In this document: one piece after another, positions 56,394 to 64,000 of the stretch
How positions within the stretch are numbered: the stretch's first letter is position 1
Layout of the letters: every line of letters starts with the position of its first letter
Assembly (NCBI GenBank): GCA_004431415.1
Contig: QPMI01000472.1
Location: forward strand, 1-64,000
Length of the DNA: 64,000 nt
Origin: Cyanophora paradoxa CCMP329
Taxonomy: Eukaryota; Plantae; Glaucophyta
Reading direction: 5' to 3'
Program-made: the position numbers and the translations under genes
The notes under the pieces: model-generated
Databases searched by the model: none
The model's input: only the letters and a program-made list of their open reading frames with translations
What the model was told of the DNA's origin: nothing

Positions 56394-58784
56394 ATGTTCA
56401 ACTCTCAGCAACCGAACGGACTTAAAATCGCTCTCTTTGAGAAGGTGGATCGCTCCACTCTCAAATACCTGATTGATAATTTCGAGACTTTGGAGTATCG
56501 ACCTGATATTGATGCAACTGCTACTCTCACCCTTCTCCAACGTTATTTCAAGGATTTGAAGCGAGATGGGCGCATTGAAGTTAAATATCATCAATGCAAG
56601 CATAATACTGGTCGTTATTTCGTGAATCTTGAACACATCAAGAAGAAGCAAGCATCAATGCAAGGAATGCCCAGAGAATTCCGCCACACTCTTGCTCGCG
56701 ATTTCTACTACGATATCGATATGAAAAATGCGCATCCCACACTTCTCATTCAGTATTGTGAAAAAAATGAAATCGTTTGTGAGGGTCTCACTGATTATGT
56801 CGACAATCGTGATAGTATCATTGCTGATATAAGCAAGAAATCGGACTTTCTCGCGAAGATATCAAGAAAGCGTTTCTTTCTGTTGTAAACGGGGGTGGGG
56901 GCTCAATTGATAACAAGGAGCTGCTGAACCACCCCAAGTTCAAAGCAGTTAAGAACGAAATCACAGGAATTCACGCTCAAATTGCAAGCATGCCCGAAAA
57001 CCACAACTTCTTCTTGATTTGCAAGCGAAAGAAGGAGTATAACATCTTTGGTTCAACCATTAATATGGTTCTTTGCAAATTGGAGAATGAATGTCTGATT
57101 GCGCTTTGTCAGTATTTAACCTCACTTGCTGTGAAAGTCGGTGTTCTCGTTTATGACGGTTGTATGGTTGAAAAAGCCCTTGAATTACCCGAAACTCGTC
57201 TCCACAATATTCTCTGTGATGCTACCAAGTATATTGAGAATATCACTGGCTACAAGATTGAGTTGATGATTAAACCAATGGATCAAGGATTTACGATTCC
57301 AACAAATTCCAAAAGTGTATCCTCTCCTCTTAATATTGTTCGGGATGATCGTGAAGCTGCTCTCACATTTGTTAAATCGATTGAGGGGCGAGTGGTCATG
57401 TCTGATGGTCGTATATTCGCTCAGACAGACGATTTTCTGTGGACTGATGATTCCACAATGGTCTACAATATAATGTTGAAATTGTGCATGCAGTGCTTCA
57501 TGTTCAAGGAGGATGACAAAGGTAACTTGAAGCCATATTCTACCAATCTTACTGGGGCAGATCGAATTATCAAGACAGCCAAAGCATTTCTGCCCAATAA
57601 TCGTGTGTTCTACAATGATATTATGTGGTCATCGACCATTGGGAAATTGTGCTACCGAAATGGTGTGTATGATTTCGAGACAAAGAAGCTCACACCATGG
57701 GACAAATGTGACAAGATCTATTCTACCACTCGAATTGAGAGGGATCTTCTTGTTGACAAAGATGGATATGTGATCAAGCCATCTGATTCGGATATTCAAA
57801 CCCTTTTCGACAAGATTCTGGAACCCGTTTTCGGAACTGATTCGATTTCTTCTGCTCTGGAATTCACAGCTCGTGCAATGGCTGGGAAATACGAAGATAA
57901 ACAGTGGGGATTATCAATTGGTGAACGCAATTGTGGTAAGGGGTTTATGTGAATCTCAATGAAAATACCTGGGGAAGTGGATATGTGCACACCATCAGTG
58001 GGGAGGCATTCTTGCTGAATAAGAACTCAGATGACAACGATACCTCCAAGTTAAAGTGGATGAAACCTTGTGAATTTCGTCGTCTGACATTCACCCAAGA
58101 GATGAAATTCGATGTCTCAAACACAAATATTAAGGTGAATGGTGCAATGATCAAAAAGAAGGAATCTGGTGGTGATGTTCAATGCATGCGTGTTCTTTAT
58201 GAAAATGAGGTCAATATTCGCCTCCAAAGTCGTTTGTGGATGATCATGAATGATGTTCCACCCATTTCCCCATCTGATACCCTTCAAACCATGGTATTGT
58301 TCAAGCACCCCACAAATTCGTTGATCAAAAGACTGTTGAGGAAATGAACTCTCCTTGTGTGAGATTGGCTTCGGAAGATATCAAGAGTGTTCTGCTAAAA
58401 AGTCCTGAGATAATTAGAGCATTCGAATGGATGGTGTTTGAAGCCTACAAATCTCAGAAATTCGTGGTGTCTGGGAAGGTTGCTGAGGATATTAATGAAT
58501 TCCGGGAAGATGCAGGTGATGAAATGTCTCTGATCAGATCAGTGTTCGAATTCACTCGAAATTCATCCGATTCTGTAACTTCCAAGATGGTTGAGCAAGA
58601 GATCAAGCAACTGAGACTGAATATGTCTGCAAATCGCATTAAAACTGTGATGGGTTTGCTTGGAGCGAAATATGACAAGAATGCAGTTCGCAAGAAGGTT
58701 GGTACTGGTTATGATCGTGGCTACAAGGGTGTGAAGAAGATTGATAAGACACCTACTGTTGTTGAGTTTGATGATGATGAGTAA
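56394..58784 (+). CDS. TVpol (PolA-derived primase-polymerase) fused to D5-like SF3 helicase, element B (four ORFs, three frameshifts)
   Basis: GRYF...SMQGMPREFR...YYDIDMKNAHP (motif A), LENECL, LVYDG (motif C); NGVYDF, Walker A GERNCGKG. Confidence 0.8.
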
Positions 58785-58848
58785 AATACTTCTGTTATGA
58801 TTCTGATTTCTATATACATTCTTTTTATACCTTACTGGAAATGGACAG

Positions 58849-59042
58849 TAGGCACTTGAATAATCGAAGTAGGCACTTTTCAATTGAGGTTAGGCACTTT
58901 TAATTGACGTTAGGCACTTAGGCACCTTTCCTGGAAACTCTCTATAAAAATAAAATCAACGTTTTGAAAAACGCGACTTAACCTTTTTAAGACTTCTTTC
59001 TTACTCTCGATTCAAGAGTGCCTAACTGCCTACAAGTGCCTA
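58849..59042. promoter_or_regulatory. Putative replication origin downstream of the helicase (5x TAGGCAC, 92-bp AT-rich spacer, 3x inverted TGCCTA)
   Basis: TAGGCAC at 58849, 58870, 58891, 58911 and 58919; inverted copies at 59018, 59026 and 59036; inverted duplicate at 22740-22947. Confidence 0.65.
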
Positions 59043-59418
59043 CAAAAAATGATGCGATTTCAGAGATGGGATCCAAGAGCACCACAATGACCACATTCTC
59101 AAAAGAAGATTTCGCCCGACTCAATCATGAATGCTATGGATCTGATCCAGTTCTGACAGATGCAGAGCAAAGAAAAAAGTGCTTCGGTTGATCTTGGAGA
59201 AAGGAGGATGTAAATATGATCAGATGCCCAGGCATTTCAGAAAGAAATTAGATAGATACTGCGAAAATGGTAGAGGTCACCAGTGTGCAAATGATTTCGA
59301 GGAAATGAGAGCGGGGCAGGGTCGTCATGATGTGAACCATGCAAGAAAGCGACTTCAAGATAAACTTTCAAAACGCGTTCAAAACGCCCGAAAATAATAT
59401 GTTCCCTTAAAGTAAAAG

Positions 59419-62400
59419 ATGCCCCGCCAATCCAATAGAATCATCAAAGAGAAGAAAAACGAAATACTCGGTCTTTTAGGAACCCTTTTAGTCACTGGTG
59501 ATATTACAGAATTCGAATATGATCGCCAGGCAGCAATCTTGGATAGGAGACCAAGATTATCTCAACTCACAGAAATTACAAATCGACTGTATGATCGTTT
59601 TGAGAAAATGGAGGAATTCAGGGATGAAGGTTTAAGGTTGGGAGCGATTGCACCAGAGATTGAAGATGGGGAAGCAATGAACAAAGCATATTCTTGGTTG
59701 ACCTATCGAGCCAGAGGGGAGGTTATCCAAGATGGGATTGAATTCTTGGAGAGAATTGCACCCACTCTACCTCAGAGACTCAGACAGAAACTCCAAGACC
59801 TGCGAGCAATTAAAACTCGGTTGACCTTCATTTGTAAATTCACCAAAGTGAGTGATCAAAGGGTGTGGATCACCAAATTCATTTACAGTGATTACTTTGT
59901 CATCACAAGATCACGAAATATTGATGTTGAACTGCGAAATGCCCTTCAATCTATGCAGGAACAGATGATGCAGGTTGACAGTTACAGACTGGATCGCATT
60001 GAGATGCTGAGAGTGGTAATAATGTCTTATGCTCCTGTGGGTGGTTGCTTCTTCTCGACACCTGAGTGGATTGGATCAAAGAGAGCAACTGTGAATGTCA
60101 AGAATATTGATGGTCAAGACTGCTTCAAGTATGCAATCTTGGCTTACCTGCACCGAAATGATATTAATAAACACAAGAGCAATGAACCCAGCCAGTATAG
60201 AAGATGGTTAAACGAACTCGATTTCGAGGGCATCCAGTTTCCAGTTGCCTGTGATGCAGAGGTTATTGATCGATTTGAGGAGCAGAACCCTGAACTCTCA
60301 ATCAACATTTATGGTGCAGATAATCAAGCACAGTGTTTCTATCCTCTCCACCAATCCAGCAACCCCAGGAGAAAGACCAAGATTAACCTTTTATTAATCG
60401 AAAACGAAGAGGATGATAGAGGGCATTATATCACCATCATGTCTCTGAGTAGACTTCTGAAAACCACCTTTGATAAAGCCCATGATGGTCGCATTTATTA
60501 TTGTGAGACCTGTCTGTCTCGTTTCAGAACTCAGGAGAAGCTGGATGTACATATAGAAGCAAATCGCTGCATTGATTGGAGGGAAAGCAAAGGTAAATGT
60601 CCGAAATCTGGAAGTCACATTGCATTTGGGCTTCAACACCTTCGCAAAACTGTGTGGCTTCCCACTATCTGCTATGTGAAAATGGACAGTCACTCGGTTC
60701 CAATTGATGAGAACCGCAGTAAGAGAGAGGTTAAATCGGTTTCTCTAACAGTTGTGATGGGGGATGAGGTGATCTCTCATTATTTCGAGGGATCAGATCC
60801 ACTTGGTGCTCTGTTTACCACTCTCACAGAGATCAGACCCCAAGTAATCCGCACTCTATTCACCAATATTCCAATGCACCCACTCACAGAGGAGCAGAAA
60901 GCACAATACAAGATTACTAAACACTGTTATATCTGTGCTGAACGATTTACCCATGAGAATTTCCCAGTGAGAGACCATTGTCATCAATCAGGAGCATTTA
61001 TTGGGAAAGCATGCAGAAACTGCAATCTCCACAGGAGAATCTCGAAACAAACCAAGGTTGCAATAGTGGTGGATCACATGGATGAATGTGGACACGAAAT
61101 ATTCCGCAAAATTGCACAGCAAGATGATAAACTTCGTGTTGAGATTCTGAGCAAGAATTTCGATCAATACCTCTCTCTGCAATGGGGCATGTGGAAATTC
61201 ATAGATGCTTCGCACTTCATGGACTTCCAGGCAGTGGATTCTGGTGATCTTATGAGTAAATTCCAGACATTCCGAGAATTGGCGTTTACACAATATGGAT
61301 TGGATCCTGCCCATTATGTGAGCGCTCCTGGATTATCCTGGGATGCAATGCTCATTTATACCAGAGCAAAGATCGAGCAGATCAGTGATGTAGGGCAATA
61401 CGAATTCATTGAGAGAGCAATTCGAGGTGGGTTTGCTACAATGCCTACTCGATATGCAAAGGTGGAAAACCCAGATGACCATATAGTTCTCTTGGATGCA
61501 AATAATCTGTATGGTTTTGCTCTCAGTCAAGAACTGCCCAATGGCGATTTTCGATGGGAAGATGTCACAGAGGCACTTAAAGACACCTCTGGACGAAGTG
61601 CTTTCATTGAAGTTGACCTGGAATACCCACAAACTCTCACAGATCATTACGATTTTCCACTTGTAGTAAATAAAGAGCAAATCAGCACCGAAATGCTGGG
61701 TGAGTATCAACGAAAACTACTGGATATCACAGGTGAGAAGATAAGCAAAGACCCCAAACTCACAGCAACATTCTCACCCAAAAACAACTATGTGATCTCC
61801 CAACCTCTCTTGGTCTATCTTGTGAGCAAAGGTATTATAATTAAGAAGGTTCACAGGGTTCTCTCATTTGCAACCTCTGCATTCATGAAGAGTTATATTG
61901 ATCTAAATACGAAACTGAGGCGCCAATCTGTCACCAGATTCGAGTCTGACTTCTTTAAATTAACGAACAATGCAATCTATGGTAAATGCCTCGAATCATG
62001 CAGGGGTCGATCTGTGGTAAAGATTGCTAACAGTGAGAAACTCTGCAAGAAATATGCTGCAAGTCCATTGATCAAGGCAACCAATGTATTAAACGAAAAT
62101 GCTGTTGCCTTTGAGATGTACTCAAAGCATGTTCACTTAGATAAACCAGTAGCAATTGGTGCTTTTGTGCTGGATTTCGCCAAACTCCATAATAGCAGGT
62201 TCTTTTATGATGTGGTGAGGAGAACTTGGGAAACAGCAGAGCTGCTGTTCCATGATACAGATTCTTTCTGTCTACTGCTGCATACCAATGATCTAAATAA
62301 TGAGATGAAGCGAATTGCTGAACACCTGGATTGCAGTAATTATGATCCAGCCCACCCTCTCTTTGATAGGAGTAATCGCTTGATTCCAGGTAAATATAAA

Positions 62401-62700
62401 AACGAGTTCCCCCATGCAAAGATTGTGGAGTATGTAGGTCTGAGATCGAAACTCTATGCTTTCAGAACTGAGACCTTTGATAAAATAAAGATGTCTGGTA
62501 CTTCCTCAAAAGACGTTCACTTTGATGATTTCAAGAGATGCTTGTTTGAAGGCATCACCAAAACAGTAGCAGTAGTAAACAAGCGAAGACAAGACCACAA
62601 CCTATATGATTTGGAGAGCAGAAGGGTGGCTCTAAACCAACTCGATAGCAAAAGGAAGATATTAGACGATGGAATTCACAGCATTCCATTTGGGCTCTAA
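59419..62700 (+). CDS. Protein-primed-type family B DNA polymerase, element B
   Basis: DANNLYG, KLTNNAIYGK, HDTDS; same domain order as 46643-49888. Confidence 0.93.
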   Translation: MPRQSNRIIKEKKNEILGLLGTLLVTGDITEFEYDRQAAILDRRPRLSQLTEITNRLYDRFEKMEEFRDEGLRLGAIAPEIEDGEAMNKAYSWLTYRARGEVIQDGIEFLERIAPTLPQRLRQKLQDLRAIKTRLTFICKFTKVSDQRVWITKFIYSDYFVITRSRNIDVELRNALQSMQEQMMQVDSYRLDRIEMLRVVIMSYAPVGGCFFSTPEWIGSKRATVNVKNIDGQDCFKYAILAYLHRNDINKHKSNEPSQYRRWLNELDFEGIQFPVACDAEVIDRFEEQNPELSINIYGADNQAQCFYPLHQSSNPRRKTKINLLLIENEEDDRGHYITIMSLSRLLKTTFDKAHDGRIYYCETCLSRFRTQEKLDVHIEANRCIDWRESKGKCPKSGSHIAFGLQHLRKTVWLPTICYVKMDSHSVPIDENRSKREVKSVSLTVVMGDEVISHYFEGSDPLGALFTTLTEIRPQVIRTLFTNIPMHPLTEEQKAQYKITKHCYICAERFTHENFPVRDHCHQSGAFIGKACRNCNLHRRISKQTKVAIVVDHMDECGHEIFRKIAQQDDKLRVEILSKNFDQYLSLQWGMWKFIDASHFMDFQAVDSGDLMSKFQTFRELAFTQYGLDPAHYVSAPGLSWDAMLIYTRAKIEQISDVGQYEFIERAIRGGFATMPTRYAKVENPDDHIVLLDANNLYGFALSQELPNGDFRWEDVTEALKDTSGRSAFIEVDLEYPQTLTDHYDFPLVVNKEQISTEMLGEYQRKLLDITGEKISKDPKLTATFSPKNNYVISQPLLVYLVSKGIIIKKVHRVLSFATSAFMKSYIDLNTKLRRQSVTRFESDFFKLTNNAIYGKCLESCRGRSVVKIANSEKLCKKYAASPLIKATNVLNENAVAFEMYSKHVHLDKPVAIGAFVLDFAKLHNSRFFYDVVRRTWETAELLFHDTDSFCLLLHTNDLNNEMKRIAEHLDCSNYDPAHPLFDRSNRLIPGKYKNEFPHAKIVEYVGLRSKLYAFRTETFDKIKMSGTSSKDVHFDDFKRCLFEGITKTVAVVNKRRQDHNLYDLESRRVALNQLDSKRKILDDGIHSIPFGL

Positions 62701-62883
62701 TCTACTTCATTAATCTTTCTTTTTCTTTGGTTTCGCTTTCCAAGAAGTAATAAACCGCGAATTAAATGCAGCAGCCAAATACATCTTAATCCAGGGTCAT
62801 TGGGCTCGATTGCAAAATAGTTTGGAATTGTGTTCTCTTTCCACACAGACTCTTGCATTTATTATATGAGAGATAAGGTAAAG

Positions 62884-64000
62884 ATGCCTTCCACACAAAT
62901 AGGATTGAGACAACCACCAAGAATTGTGAGAAAAGAGGCAATTGAAGATCGAGGGAATATCCTACCTATCACAGTTCCAGTGGAAGAGAAAAGCAGTCGA
63001 ATATTGAAAAGATCAGAGATGGTCAAGCAATTAATCCCAGAGACCCTCCCAGCTGAGACAGCACCAAAAGAGTCGAAGATTGCTAAGAAGTTCTATGATC
63101 CCAGGACAGGCTACAAGGGATTCACAGCAATGAGACAGGAACTACCAGAAGAGAACTACAAGAAGATGAGAGAATGGTATGATAAACAGGAGGTTGTCCA
63201 AATTAATGCACCAACTCTATCTCGAAAGAGAGATCCCATGATTCCAATTAGGCAACCCCTTGATACCTATGTGATTGATCTGCTCTTCTTTCCTGCATAC
63301 AAAAAGCAGAATGATGGTTATGATACATTTATGAGTGCAATGGAATCAACCCTGAGAACAGGGTTCATAATTCCAATGAGAGACAAGAGTGCTCTTACTA
63401 CTCTTGCAGCATTCAAGCAACTTGAACAAAGAGTCCCCAGACCGATTGTTCGCATTCAGAGTGATAGTGGAAGCGAATTTACCAATGTGCTATTCACAGA
63501 TTATTTGGGAACCAAATTCATAGAGCATCAACTAAGTGATGTTGCAGATCACAGAACCCAAGGTCGAATTGAAGCCTTTAACAGACAGATCAAAAGATTG
63601 ATCACAAACTACTGCATTGCAAATAATACTGCACGATTTTTTGATGTGTTGGGTGATATTGAGTATAATTATAATAATACCATTCACTCTGCAACCAAGA
63701 GAAAACCAGCAGAGACCACAGAAGCCCACTACAAAGAGATTGTGAATATGGAGGATCAGAGATTCAAGAAATCGATCGAATATCTTGATGCCCTGAAACC
63801 TGGAATGTTTGTGAGAGTAAAAGTTGAAAAGAATCCATTTGCAAAGCAGGGTGTTAATTGGTCTCGAATTGTTTATAGTGTGGAGGGCAGAGAGGGCTTC
63901 AAGTTCAGAATCAGAAGTCCAAGTGGTGAGATAGTTGATGGTAGATTCGCTTTTCATGAACTGCTGCCCATCAAAGGTGTTGAGTATCATGAAACTCCCA
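62884..64000 (+). CDS. rve integrase, element B (runs off the window, absent from the ORF track)
   Basis: ATG 62884, MPSTQIGLRQPP...PIRQPLDTYVIDLLFFP...SDSGSEF...IEAFNRQIK. Confidence 0.9.
   Translation, partial: MPSTQIGLRQPPRIVRKEAIEDRGNILPITVPVEEKSSRILKRSEMVKQLIPETLPAETAPKESKIAKKFYDPRTGYKGFTAMRQELPEENYKKMREWYDKQEVVQINAPTLSRKRDPMIPIRQPLDTYVIDLLFFPAYKKQNDGYDTFMSAMESTLRTGFIIPMRDKSALTTLAAFKQLEQRVPRPIVRIQSDSGSEFTNVLFTDYLGTKFIEHQLSDVADHRTQGRIEAFNRQIKRLITNYCIANNTARFFDVLGDIEYNYNNTIHSATKRKPAETTEAHYKEIVNMEDQRFKKSIEYLDALKPGMFVRVKVEKNPFAKQGVNWSRIVYSVEGREGFKFRIRSPSGEIVDGRFAFHELLPIKGVEYHETP

Larger units (their letters stand above)
21958..64000 (+). mobile_element. Element B: endogenous Polinton-like virus interrupted by element C (right end outside window)
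   Basis: Sharp GC-to-AT switch at the ACACATAT hairpin; pentons, MCP, ATPase, primase-helicase, pPolB and integrase in the same order as C. Predicted TSD is GTTCCT (21952-21957). Confidence 0.92.

Noticed and set aside
59179-59397. 72-aa ORF between origin and pPolB in B
   Set aside because: No recognisable motif and uncertain start; may be a real frameshifted small gene but cannot be supported
23379-64000. B and C as an assembly duplication or tandem repeat
   Set aside because: Orthologs differ at many synonymous sites, the helicases and TIRs differ, and the nesting has a clean TSD

Overview
GC-rich, intron-containing eukaryotic (protist-like) host DNA (7616-21957) is flanked by three AT-rich endogenous Polinton-like viruses (PLVs) of one family. 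Element A (1-7615) is a right-hand end carrying fibre-like genes. Element B (21958 to beyond 64000) has two pentons, an MCP, a packaging ATPase, a TVpol-SF3 primase-helicase, pPolB and an rve integrase. Element C (25741-52871, 27,131 bp) is complete, with 830-bp TIRs and a 6-bp ACACTT target-site duplication, and sits inside the major capsid gene of element B. The most unusual signals are in replication. (i) All four visible ends are a 28-bp perfect stem capped, only on the 3'-terminal strand, by a GAA triloop and tandem G.A mismatches. (ii) Each element has its own iteron/AT-rich/inverted-iteron module. In B and C this module occurs both subterminally and directly behind the primase-helicase, and that gene is non-orthologous between them (TVpol vs AEP). 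(iii) Both pPolBs have lost the proofreading motifs but keep OTU-like and EndoVII-like domains. The frameshifts I checked mostly resolve by adding one base to a homopolymer run and are probably long-read errors. All protein calls rest on visual motif recognition, not database searches.
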